Source: Octopus bimaculoides
Taxonomy: Eukaryota
Assembly (NCBI RefSeq): GCF_001194135.2
Contig: NC_068983.1
Coordinates: 147,271,033 to 147,335,032, forward strand
Reading direction: 5' to 3'
DNA: 64,000 nucleotides
Shown here one piece after another: positions 13,327 through 26,900 of the stretch (position 1 is its first letter; each line of letters opens with the position of its first letter). The notes under the pieces are model-generated. The model had not been told where the DNA came from. It searched no databases and saw only the letters and a list, made by a program, of their open reading frames with translations. Both the position numbers and the translations under genes were made by a program.

Positions 13327-13812
13327 GTATGTGTATGTTTTTGTGCGTGCGTGTGTGTTTGTGTGTATGTGTATGTTGTGTATATGTGCGTTGCTGTGTA
13401 CGTGTGTGTGCGTGCGTTTGCTATTGTATGTGCGTGTGTTGTTTATGCCCATGTGTGTGTGATTGTATGCGTGTCTGTGTGAGTGTGTAGTGTTGGTGAG
13501 AAGTGTGTGTGCGTGTGTGTGTGTATGTGGGTGTGTGCGTGTGTGTGTATGTGTGTGGATGGGCGTGTGTGTGTGGGATTGTGAGTGTTAGGTACGGGTG
13601 TGTGTGTGTGCGCGTGTGTGTATATTTTTTGTGCGTGCATGTATGTGTATGTTTTCGTGCGTGCGTGTGTGAGTATTGTGTATGTGAGAGGTGTGTGTGC
13701 ATGTGTGTATATGTGTATGTGTGTATATGTGTATGTGTGTTGTGTATGTGTGTGTGTGTGTGGTTTTGTGTATGTGAGAGGTGTGTATGTGTGGAGAGAG
13801 AGAGAGAGAGAG
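13327..13812. repeat. Degenerate (TG)n/(GA)n compound microsatellite
   Basis: Direct reading. Confidence 0.95.
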
Positions 13813-14184
13813 AGTGGATGACCATAACTTTATTTCATTATATGCTACATACTAATTGTTACACTTGATATTTGTGTGAATGCTCTTTGAAATATGTGCT
13901 ACTTATAAATAAATATCTTGTAATCTATAGAAAATTTGATATGCTAAAACCAAGTTTTACTGATAAAATTTAGCTACATGGATCAACATATTTGCTATAT
14001 TAGGACAGCGAGAGTATTAAATTTCATATGCATAATCGACAGGCCTAAAATCTATGCATTATAAGTACTTAACAGAGCAGCAAATTTGCCACATGCTCAA
14101 GGAAAGCTAAAGAAACCGATTAGGATTTTGTTTTCACGAGTTAACTAAGTGGTTACAATAACTAGAACGATATTAACAGCTACA

Positions 14185-14395
14185 ATGAGTAAAGAAATGA
14201 ACCCTGAAGAAATAAAAAAGGAAATTGAAAGTAATTTTAAACAATACTTCGGCAAAGATGGAGAACCTTTATCAGTTTATCAATATAAAGGACACAATAT
14301 TATGAAATTCGACATTGCAGTTTCAGCTTTATCCAAACTACATATGGTGAAAATCAGACCAGATGATATTTTGATGTTTTCCTATCCTGCAGCCG
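14185..14395 (+). CDS. SULT-like gene A exon 1
   Basis: ATG MSKEMNPEE...IRPDDILMFSYPAA(G); donor GTCAGA at 14396 (weak but at the position homologous to gene B). Confidence 0.8.
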
Positions 14396-16379
14396 GTCAG
14401 ATTTTATTATATCGCTTATTGTTAGGCAAAATATTTTTACATTGTAGCCAGGGTATGATTGCATGTCTCTGTATGACGTTCATACGTGTACTATTTGTTT
14501 GTGTTTGTGTAATTTATTTACATATTTCTATTCAACATACTCTATGTACCCTTCATGCACTTTGTTATCCTATATTTACTTAGTTTTGTAAAGATGAATA
14601 TATTTCTCTATTTTTATTTATTCCCTTTTTATCTATTTCTTCCCTTGCGTGTGTGAGGATTTTTACGTGTCTGCGTGTACTTGCGTATGTATGTATATGG
14701 GTATAAATGATGTTTGTACATATGTTGAAACTTTTGACTTACAACTGTCTTGTGTAGCTGCTGGGATGCCCCTGAGTGTATGCGTGTGTATTCGAGTTCA
14801 TGTGACTTATCGTTTTCGGCTTTATACCCTTCTCGGCTAGTTCTACTTTTTCAGATTAACCATAATAATTATTGACTTCAATACCAACACCTTCGTTGCC
14901 AATACCAACACATACACCACCTCTGGCACTCACTTCTACTCATTTGTTTGTTATTACCATCACGAACAACACACATACAGCCATCATCACGCTTCAACGT
15001 CAACACAGTCGACATCTGACTCGACCAACCCCCGACTCGAACGGCGGTAACTGTATCATTAGCCCCAACAGCTTTTTTCTCCCCATCTTCTTCACCATGT
15101 TCCACAAATTCCAAACGTATACAAGTTCAATTCTGTTACAAAATTGTACACAAAATTCAAATCTTTAGAATCCTTTTACAGTTTCTGCTTAGACGTAATC
15201 CCTACCTTAACTCAAAATTGTAATCCTAAGTGCTAACACGAAACCCAAACTTCAGATGCTGACCTTCGGCAGAACAAGAAAGAGCGTAATATGAAAAAAG
15301 CGGGGTGGGTGGGAGAGAGGGGGAGGGGAGAGAGGAGAAGGGGAGAGATGTGCGTATCTATGTGTGTAACAATTTTAGAGTTCGGATTCTCGAGTTAGGG
15401 TTAGTTTTAGGGTTAGGGTTAGGGTTACGGTTACGGTTAACAGTCTAGTTAGNNNNNNNNNNNNNNNNNNNNNNNNNNNNNNNNNNNNNNNNNNNNNNNN
15501 NNNNNNNNNNNNNNNNNNNNNNNNNNNNNNNNNNNNNNNNNNNNNNNNNNNNNNNNNNNNNNNNNNNNNNNNNNNNNNNNNNNNNNNNNNNNNNNNNNNN
15601 NNNNNNNNNNNNNNNNNNNNNNNNNNNNNNNNNNNNNNNNNNNNNNNNNNNNNNNNNNNNNNNNNNNNNNNNNNNNNNNNNNNNNNNNNNNNNNNNNNNN
15701 NNNNNNNNNNNNNNNNNNNNNNNNNNNNNNNNNNNNNNNNNNNNNNNNNNNNNNNNNNNNNNNNNNNNNNNNNNNNNNNNNNNNNNNNNNNNNNNNNNNN
15801 NNNNNNNNNNNNNNNNNNNNNNNNNNNNNNNNNNNNNNNNNNNNNNNNNNNNNNNNNNNNNNNNNNNNNNNNNNNNNNNNNNNNNNNNNNNNNNNNNNNN
15901 NNNNNNNNNNNNNNNNNNNNNNNNNNNNNNNNNNNNNNNNNNNNNNNNNNNNNNNNNNNNNNNNNNNNNNNNNNNNNNNNNNNNNNNNNNNNNNNNNNNN
16001 NNNNNNNNNNNNNNNNNNNNNNNNNNNNNNNNNNNNNNNNNNNNNNNNNNNNNNNNNNNNNNNNNNNNNNNNNNNNNNNNNNNNNNNNNNNNNNNNNNNN
16101 NNNNNNNNNNNNNNNNNNNNNNNNNNNNNNNNNNNNNNNNNNNNNNNNNNNNNNNNNNNNNNNNNNNNNNNNNNNNNNNNNNNNNNNNNNNNNNNNNNNN
16201 NNNNNNNNNNNNNNNNNNNNNNNNNNNNNNNNNNNNNNNNNNNNNNNNNNNNNNNNNNNNNNNNNNNNNNNNNNNNNNNNNNNNNNNNNNNNNNNNNNNN
16301 NNNNNNNNNNNNNNNNNNNNNNNNNNNNNNNNNNNNNNNNNNNNNNNNNNNNNNNNNNNNNNNNNNNNNNNNNNNNNNN

Positions 16380-16444
<65 letters not shown>

Positions 16445-19400
16445 GCACGCGCACACTGTTTTCATTAGTTATCGTCTGTCTGTTACGACTTGGCTTTGTA
16501 AACTGATTGAAAGCGCATATGTTCCAGAATGACAGTTTTATAAACGTTATCATCACACTGCCATTCCATATTTGTCGCTCACACTACTCAGTTCTCTCCC
16601 TCCCTGATATCAGTCACTCTCCCTATATCACCTCATTTCTCTCACACTAATACTATTGCACCCTTCTCATTTTACCCAAAACTAACCCACCATTGTTGTT
16701 GTTGTTGTTGTTGTTGGCACTCCGTCGCTTACGACATCAAGGGTTCCAGTTGATCCGATGAACGAAACAACCTGCTCGTGAAATTAACGTGCAAGTGGCT
16801 GAGCACTCCACAGACACGTGTACCCTTAACGTAGTTCTCGGGGATATTCAGCGTGACACGATGTGAAAAGGATGACCCTTTGAATTACAGGCACAACAAA
16901 AACAGGAAGTAGGAGTGAGAGAAAGTTGTGGTAAAAGAGTACTGCAGGGTTCGCCACCATCCCCTGCCGGAGCCTCGCGGAGCTTTAGGTGTTTTCGCTC
17001 AATAAACACTCACAACGCCCGGTCTGAGAATCGAAACCATTTTAAAGATGAAGACTTTTATCTAGAGGCCACACCTTTCAATTGAGCAAACTCAAAGTTG
17101 CCATGTAAACTCCTCACCACATTTAACATCGTTGTGCAAATTTTCAGGTCAATCTAACCACATTTACTAACTTTTGCCTGCACAACTGCGTGTGAGACAA
17201 AGTCCGCCCTTTTCAGACTNNNNNNNNNNTTTAACATCGTTGTGCAAATTTTCAGGTCAATCTAACCACATTTACTAACTTTTGCCTGCACAACTGCGTG
17301 TGAGACAAAGTCCGCCCTTTTCAGACTAACAGAGAAACCCATCCTTGCTCGGGATTAAAATGGCATAGTTTTTTTTATTGTTTTACTTGTTTCAGTATTA
17401 TAACCCGATTTCTTTTGTATCTACTCGGGCCACATTTTAAAGATGAGGAATTCCAAACAAAAAAAAAAAAAACAACGAAAATTTTATTAAAAATTAGTAA
17501 TGAAAAAAAGCATGCCAAATGTTTAAACAGTCTTTGAGACGTGATTGGAGAAACCTCACGGATGCAGATGTGAAGAGCAAAGAATGACGGGAAAATGCTG
17601 GAAAAAAAAAACACAAAACACAAATCAGGTCTCTGCACAAAACTGAAACAGTATAATACGACTGCACTTACAATGCCTTGGAAAAAATATGGAGGTAGTT
17701 GGCTGTTGAAGAATTCAATAGGGTAGATGACGGAATCGTCTGTGCTTTTGTTGGTGTCAATTGACTTGAATGAGACATCATCTCCTAGAATCTGATCAAG
17801 CAGGTGTTGATTCATTGCGTCAACGGTGACATTATGTGGTGCTAAAATAGCTCTCTCTTGCAGCCAGTTGTGATCAAGGAATCATGCTTCGAAGTCTGGG
17901 AAAACAGATGACACAAAGTTCTCAAATGGCAGACGGATGTGCTCTTCATCAATTCCAGGTGTAGCTCCATTACTAACTTCCTGTAAGAGTTTTGAGAAAT
18001 CCACAGAGTCTGTATCACCATTCACATGCACTCTCATGTTAGTAGTCAGGTTTAGTTTCTGGACATATTGCCATAGGTAGGATGACTTGATGCATTTATT
18101 AACATCGTCAGCTCTAGTGCCTCTAGTGATTACAGGAAGTGTCTGACGAAAATTGCCAGCCATCACTACCGTTGCTCTACCCATTATGTGTTAATTTCGA
18201 TGCAAGTCTTCGAGAGTTCGGTCTAAAGCCTCAAAGGTCACTTTGTAACTCATTGTAGCCTTATCCCAAATGATTAGACAGCAATCACAAAGAAGTTTTC
18301 CTTTTGAGTTGCCATGATTTATTTTGCATGTAGGATTCTCCTTCTTTGCAAGGTCCATAGGCAATTAGAATGCGGAGTGTGCCGTACGACCGCCATGTAA
18401 CAGTGTTGCCGCAATACCACTTGAGGTAACCACTAAAGCAATCCGCCTGTCTTTCTGCAGCTTCGCGATGGTTTATTTACTGCAAAAATATTTTAAAATG
18501 CAGAGCATGAGGGTTTGTATGAAAGTTGAACTCAAATATGGAGAAATTTTAAAAAATTGAATTGATAAACTCGGCTTTCAACATTTGTCAGACGGAAAAT
18601 AACAGTGGATGTCGGTAGAAAACGTGCCTGCAAATCACTACATGCGCTTTGGCTTTGATTGCTCTGGTTAGTAAGAGAGGTCGCCTGATTGGCAGAAAAA
18701 ACAATAGACGACATAGATGGGATCTATAAGACGTGTCTGGGCATTTTATTCAGCATGCTAATGGAAAAACTATCTTTAACGTAGATATGAAGGCAAATTT
18801 GCCATCCAAGTTGATTTATAATGATAATAATAGAAGCTGTAAATGTAGAAGGTGACAGTGTATTTACAGCAAAGTAAAGTTCTCATTGATGTGCAAGTTA
18901 AAAATTGCGTAGTATTAAAGTTTGTATATAATTTTAAATCACTAATGAAGAAATTAAAAAGAAACTGAATTGATTAACTTGGCAACAAAATTTTTCAAGC
19001 AGAATTTAAGTTTTCAGCATTTAATAGAATGAAAATAAAGAAAGAAATCGGTAAAAAAACGAACGTGTGCATGCGTCTCCCTTCTTTGCCATTTAAGGGC
19101 TCTATTTCTTTTGAGAGAATACACTGGGCATTTTCAGTTGGAAATATTGTATAACGATACTATATAAGCATTATAAAATTAGTTTATGTTAAATACTAAA
19201 CAACTGTATGTAAAAGTATTTTTGGTTGAAAACCGAATAACTGAGAGGAAGAAGTCTTTTAAATAAGGAGGCTCAATATAAAATTTATGCATTCATTGAG
19301 TGTTAAATGGTAATGTTAGAAAGAAAATGTTCTGAGATTATTAAGGTTTCTTGATTTTGAAATGCTTTATAAAATAAAATTATTTTTAAAAAGGCACAAT

Positions 19401-20857
19401 AAAAGGGCAGACATGTAAAATATAGCGCTAATATTGAAGAGAAAATAGTCTGTGATTTTTTACGTATCATGAATTTGCAATTCTTTACAAAAACAAAATG
19501 CATCATTAAGCATTAAATCATCCAAGAGAAATCAACAGCAAAAATTGCAGTCACCAAGAGAAGATTCAACTCAAATGAAAAGTGGCTAAATCTCAACGTC
19601 AGCTAAACTTACAGAGAGAGAGGCGGGGAGAGGAAGAGTGACAGGGAGATAGGGAAGACGGAGAGAGTAGAAGCTGTTAGATTCCGTTCTAGAGACAAAG
19701 TGAAGGAAAGGGAGGAAAGAAAGAGATTGAGGAAGAAAGGCTGTTGTGTATAGAAAGAGAGGACGCAAACACCTGTCAAAATCCACAAACACTTGTCAAA
19801 GCCAAACCTTTCAATTGAGCAAACTCAAATTTGCCATGCATGGTCCTCAGTCTGTTCCTCATAGGTGTGCAAATTTTCAGCTTGTAATGTCTCTATTGCA
19901 ACTATCAACCTTTTACAAGCTCAATCCGACCGCATTTACTAACACTTTTGCCTGCATAACTGTATGAGACAACGTCCACTCTTTTTACAAATATATATTA
20001 GATAAAATAAATTTCATCGGGTGGACCTGCAAAATGTTGTATGTGCTGTACAAGTACAGATACTACGGTGATATATTTCCTCCTGTATATTTTGTATACC
20101 ATTATAAGTTCACCACTCATCAAATACAATTTGTATTCCTGGTGGAATGTTATTTAGAATGATCGTATTTTTGTCCTACCTTTATTGTACTTCCTCTCAA
20201 GAAAATGGATTTCGGTTTATTCTTAGTACCATAAAAAGTGCCTTCTGTAAGTCCATACCAAAAATACTGTACTGGATGTTGTGTGATAAGATATATGCAG
20301 TTGTCTCTGCAGAACTGGTGCCCAATCAGTGACAGTTTTTCTGACAGTAAATTTAGTTCCAGCGACTGCATCCTTTCATAACGTTTCGTAAATGAAAATC
20401 ATTATTTTGTAGAACTAATTTGATCTTACGTTTTACTATTGTACACACTGCAAGCGAGGTGTGGCTGAAGTTTGCTTCCCAACTGCATGGTTCCATACTG
20501 GGCATATTTGCTTATAATATACCAAAAGGTATTCACAACCCATGGGACATCCTAGAGTATACCAAACACACCTAGGGTGTTAAATACTCATAAGGGTTAA
20601 ATTGTCTGTGTGCACAACCTGAATATTTTGCTGAATGTACTTCAGTACCCAGTAAATCTATTCAACTAAAGATGGTGCTTACAGGTTAATTCAGCCCAAC
20701 CTGGTGTATATCATTTGAGCACCCGATTTTCTCCAGAATCCTTAATATTATATATATATCTGTTTATCAATTCGTTTTGCAAGATTCCTGATGTGAACTC
20801 GTGTGTTGAAACAGATATTGTTGTATTTCGGGATGATCATTTTATCTATTTTAAAGA

Positions 20858-20919
<62 letters not shown>

Positions 20920-23900
20920 TCATGTGTTGCGTATGGATGAGGACAGCTGTGTGAAAGAGTGTCACACCCTAGCAGTAGAGGGAGCCTGTGAAAGAAGTAG
21001 ATCTAAGAAGACCTGAGATGAGATGGTAAAGCACAACCTTCGAACATTGGGCCTCACCGAAACGATGACAAGTAACGGAGACCTTCGGAGATATGCTGTG
21101 CTTAAGAAGACCCGACAAGCCAGGTGAGACGGTAACCGTGGCCTATGCCAGCGCAGCAGCATAACCAGCCCATTTAATAGTACCCTTCAATCATTGAGCA
21201 ATAAACTGCGTTTGCGAAGACCTGTTGAAGCAAGTGAAGTCATTGTCATGGCCGTTGACAGTACCGCCCAATTGGCACCCATGCTGTTGGCACATAAAAA
21301 GCACCATTCGAGCGTGACCGATGCCAGTGCCACCTGACTGGCTCCCATGCTGGTGACATGTAAAAAGCAGCATTCAATAGTAGCTGATGCCAGTGCTGCC
21401 TGACTGATTCCCGTGCCTGTGGCACGTAAAAATCACCATTCGAGCGTGGTCGTTGCCAGTGCCGCCTGACTGGCGCCCGTGCCGGTGGCATGTTACAAGC
21501 ACCATTGAAGCGTGGCCGATGCCAGTACCACCTGACTGGCCCTCGTGCTGGTGGCATGTAAAAAGCACCCACTACACTCTCGGAGTGGTTGGCATTAGGA
21601 AGGGCATCCAGCTGTAGAGACTCTGCCAAATCAGATTGGAGCCTGGTGCAGCCTCCTGGCTCACCAGCCCTCAGTTCAAACCGTCCAACCAATGCCATAA
21701 TGGAAAGCAGACATTAAACAACAACGACAACGACGATGACGATGCTGATGAAATACTCCAACACACATGCCTCTGCCTCTATTCGTTTTGATCGTTTCTC
21801 TTGGCATGTTTGAGTTAACACTAGTTTTTACACTATCGACTTTTGATACAGCCTTATTTAAAGGACAAGAGCCTGCATTTTTGCATGAGTAATTTAGATT
21901 TACTCGCTGGATGGGTTTACTGAAGATCATCACTTTTATATTAGGTCTGAAACTGTATCTTATTTTCACAGAACGTCTCTTCAAAATTGTCCTATACATA
22001 TGGTATGGAGATATGTTTAAGTGGGATAAGCACTTTCACCTGATATTAGTATTAATAATTAGAGAGACTGAGGGACAAACACAATAATTTTTTGCTTCTA
22101 ATAATTGTGGACAATGATCATGTGTTGCAAGACTGCATGAAATGTATTGTCTTTGAAAACAATGTGTTGTAGTACTTCCATGTTTCTACTCCAAATTACC
22201 TTTTCAAGTCACTGCCAGCTCAACAAACAAATCTAGTGAAATCATGAGTTTAGGTGCTGTGTTGTTATTGTAATATGGCTTTTGTCAAATACACCGGAGT
22301 CTTCCAGCTATAAACATTATATAGAAGTCTGGATGACAGCTTCTCCTAATTGATATGCCTGCACTATGTTTCTTAGCCTGCTTTTGAAAGGTAAAAAGTA
22401 AAGACAGTTTGTGCTGACATTGAGGCACTTGTGTTGCTGGTGTAATGCATCAGAATTCATATACATTTATGTTTGAGTGGTCGGGTATGTGTACGTGCTT
22501 GCATGTGTGCATGTGCGTGTGTTCTGTGTGTGTGTGTGTGTGTGAGTGTGTGTGCTCCAGGACTCTTTTATGTGCTCATGTTGCGCACGGAAGTATATAG
22601 ACAAATAAATCAATTCCATGATTTCATTTCTGACAAGTGTAATTTAGACACTGAACATTAAATCACGTTTCGCAATAACATAGGATTTCTTTTTCAGCAT
22701 TCACAGCCTTATTACTCACTTAATTTTGCAAACCTTTTAATTTTACAAATTCATTTAATTCTATAATTGGAGAAATCTCGAACGCACAACAATTATTCTT
22801 TAACTATTGAAATATTAGATTTAATTTCCGTAAACCAATATCTCTGATCACCAAATAGAAGCAACTATTCCTTACTACTGTCTTAGGTCGTCAGAGAGAT
22901 TCATATTTATCCATTTATACATTTGTTTTAATAACTAGGATTGTATATCACATTTCAGGATCGCATTGGATGTTTGAAATCGTTAATATGATATTGAAAG
23001 GAAGCACTGAAAGGGTTTCCTTGCTAAAAGAAGACTTACTGTTAGATTGGTCACCATTTGAAAAGCTAGATTCCATTGAATCCCCTCGACTCTTGAACAC
23101 GCACCTTCCTCCTGAACTTCTGCCTCAAGAATTGCTAAAGGATCATAAAATGATATTCCTCAACCGCAACCCGAAAGCTATGCTGGTGTCGTTCTACAGA
23201 CATATATTAGACGTTAATTTGTTGAACTACAAAGGAGATTTTCTAAGCTATTTTGACCTTTGGATGCAAGGAGAAGGTAAGCCTATAAAGTTATTGTTAC
23301 TACCACTACTGCTAGTACTACTAAAGCGGTTCGATAACTTAATTAGCTTCACTGGCCTTCAGAAGAAAAGATATCTGAAAGTTTGTTTCATACTCTTGTT
23401 CAGGTGTAAAAGGGAAATGAAATTAGTTATCCCACTATATTATTTTTGCCTGTATCTCACAAAGCCATGCATCTACAAATATATCATTATATCTTAACAT
23501 AGATCTAGTCACAATCAAAGTCATGTACCAATAATGACATTCAACCTAGATGTATAAGCGCAACCTTAGACGTTTATCTTACATATTCCTAGTCATCCTT
23601 CTTAGAACATAGATGTTCTTCTCAGATAGTGATTAAAAGATTTTTGGACTGCATCTAACCTTCATAGATGTAGTAGTGAAGCGTCTGCAGATGAAACACA
23701 AAATGAGCATCCAGCTTTGATATTTATGTATTCGATTTCAGTTTAAACTAGAAATTCACATTCAAAAGCAACAATCTTTTTCTTTTCAGTTTAGCACCAC
23801 ACCCAAGAATCTTTTCTTTGTGGATTCTAATGCTTGTCTCATATTCTCTCAACACTTTTTATTTTATATTCTCTTATTGATATTTTCTATCTGGTCATAA

Positions 23901-26900
23901 AATACACATCAAGTCGAGTCTTTTCCTTCAATTAATATATTTTAGATTATATCAGTGGAAGTATGTGACTAGAGCACATTTTATCGATTTTGAGGGTGAA
24001 AACCAAAGTATATTCTGATCTCATCTTAACTTAGGACAAATTAAATACAACGTTCTGAGATTTTCAATGCATTATATCTGAAAGTTCATATTTTTATAAA
24101 ATTTTTTTACCTATTATCAATCACCTCTGTTGTATGCACAGAGATGCCATCAATAAGACTTTGCAAATATCTATCTTATATACACTAATGAAAATATAAA
24201 TTTAATAAATTCCCTCTATAATCGTCTGTAAAATATAAAATTTTGTGCCCCCTTCTTCAACAAAAAAAAAAAAAAGATGCTAAATATATTTTCGTTTTAA
24301 ACATTGCATTGTATTTATAGTTTAATTTAACAAAGAGGTTGGCTATTCTTTTGAAAGTTATTACACAGACATGTTTTCAATTTATTCTTTTAATTTTCCA
24401 GTACCTTGGGATGATTACTTTAAATATGTTCAGGAAATGTATGCTCTATGTAAAGATAACCCAAATGCACTTATCATAACTTATGAAGAAATCAAAGCGG
24501 TAATTACACATTAATATTTGCTTTAATTGTGTTAATTTTATTATAATTTATTTCATATGTTAGTTTCTCAAGTATACACACACACACAAAAGAAATGAAC
24601 AATGACATCATACTTATGAAGTTTTGCTTTTAAATAATTCCGATTAATAAAGTATAATTACCACAAAGAATATCCTCCTTCACCTGCCTACCCCATTTTT
24701 TTAACGTATTAGTCAGAGAGATTGTTGTACTTGTATAAGAAAATATTTTTATGTTAAATACTGAAAATTTCGCAATTTCACTTTATTATTTCTCCTCAAC
24801 AGGATATACCCAAAGCAGTGTCACGTGTTGCTAAATTCTTGGAGAAAACAATTCCTGACCAACTTACAAAGGATATTGCTGATATGTGTTCATTTGATAA
24901 AATGAAATCCGAGAAAAAACTTGTTAGTTCGTATTTACCCAAAGATTCACTCAAAGATGGCGGTACTGTCTTCCATTCTGGTAATTATATTCATATTTTA
25001 TTTGATCAAACTTTCTAGTAGTTTAATTTCTATAAAGTCTAAGACACATATCTAGTCCTGGTAGAAGCTAATTTTTGCTATTACTCTATGCTATAGTGAT
25101 CCAAGCACTACTCATATGAAGGAAACAGGACCGCATGGCACACCAATTAAACAAGAGTAGCACTCAGCTAGAACCCTCACTGTCGCTCCAAATGCTAGGA
25201 CTCACAATTACGAAGGAGTGAGTCCCACAATAGAAAATGTTCCTACATTTGGGATTGTGCTGTTGCTATGCACATATGTGTCCTAGAAGACATTAACGAA
25301 AAGTCACTCGACTAAATGGAATTCAAGCCACAACAAAACGCTCCAACCATTAGTCAGCAGGTGTACTGTCTTCATTCTCTGTCTTTTCTTTCACTTTTAT
25401 AATGGCTTCCGATCTTTGATGCTGATTGCTTTGCACCTGTACCATTCAGACATCGGAGACGCACGTACATTTTCACCTCGAGTAACCTTCCGCTTTGTCC
25501 TCGCCATTATGCTCTGGCCATTTTCTCCAGAATATCCCCATTCTGGAATTTCACAGCCTGTGTTTCTCCTGGATGTATTGAACTGCAAAAGAGATAAAAA
25601 TATTTCTTTCTATTATAGGTACAAGGCCTGCAATTTGAGGGGAGGGGGATAGTCGATTACATCAAGCCCAATACTTGACTGGTACTTAATTTATTGACCC
25701 CGACAGGATGAAAGGCAAAGTCGACCTCGCCGGAATTTGAACTCAGAACGTAGTAGCAGACGAAATGACACCAAGTATTTTGCCCAGTGCGCTAACGATT
25801 CTTCCAGTTTGCCACCTGAGAAAAAAATAATACCATAACATCCAGTCACTGGTTTATTGTATCCATACTTTGTTTAATATACTTGATCAGTATTTTCAAC
25901 TCTTGTATGGACGTTTTTCTTCTAAACGATAACCCATCTATGTAAATATAATTGATTGCTGAGTGTCGCAGAATTGCTTCCTGGGGATACGGCTCGGATT
26001 CAAATCCATTTTATACTTTATGGATATATGTCTTTTCTTCCTTCCATTGCTTTGTCTTTGTTATTTTCTACTGTATCTCTCTTACGTACTTTTGTTCTTT
26101 TTTGTTTCCTATCTGCCTCACTATCTATCCTCCATAGCAATCATTCTCTCTCTGTGTATATATAAACTTATATGTTCATTTTTATTTCTTTAAGTTACCC
26201 TTTCTATTTGTCTACTGTTATCACTTAAATAACTACCTCTATCTTTTTCTCTATTCACATACCTCTCCTTCAATTCTAGCATTCATTTATCTTTATATCA
26301 TTGTAGTTTTTTTTCTACTGTCCATCTTCCTTGGAATCAGTTTATCCTATCGAATTTTCCACTCGTTCATATCTATTTATCTGTAACATTTTTTAAATTA
26401 CTTTTTTGTTTCACCCGTCCTGTTCTGTTCTATCTCTGTAGAGTTATTCCTACTTTTTCCTTCTCTGTGTTTGTGTGTGTGTCTATATAATATTAATAAT
26501 AATAATAATAATAATGATAATAATAATAATAATAAAGGTAAAGAATAAAACTTAAAAAAAAAAATTTATCAGTGGCCAGCATATAAAAAATAAACTGATT
26601 AAAGTGAAATCATATGTATAATTATAATTATATGGAAAAAATTTCTAGCCTATATACTGAAAATAGATGCTAAATCATCTCACCACTTTAAAAACCACAA
26701 AGTTACACACATGTTGAAATCGAGGGAGTAAGCTAACGGCAATTAATAACAATATAGATATCCCTGAATTAGCTAACATTAGGAACGTGTTTTTGTTAGT
26801 CCCTGACTGCGGCGGGTCTGTAACAGCTCAACGGTCACCAAGAGGGATGAAACCACAGCGCGTCGGTCTCTAGTGGTGACTGGGCAGGTGACCAAATCCG

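Noticed and set aside
14386-14395. Idea that A-to-I editing restores the missing catalytic Lys
   Set aside because: Editing reads A as G; GCA (Ala), ACT (Thr) and TCT (Ser) cannot become AAA/AAG.
17122-17327. Exact 98-bp direct duplication
   Set aside because: The copies flank a 10-N gap, typical of unmerged contig overlap.
21190-21560. Regular ~50-bp repeats that look superficially CRISPR-like (also 10600-10900)
   Set aside because: Tandem units without unique spacers, inside RTE 3'UTRs of a eukaryotic genome; no cas genes.
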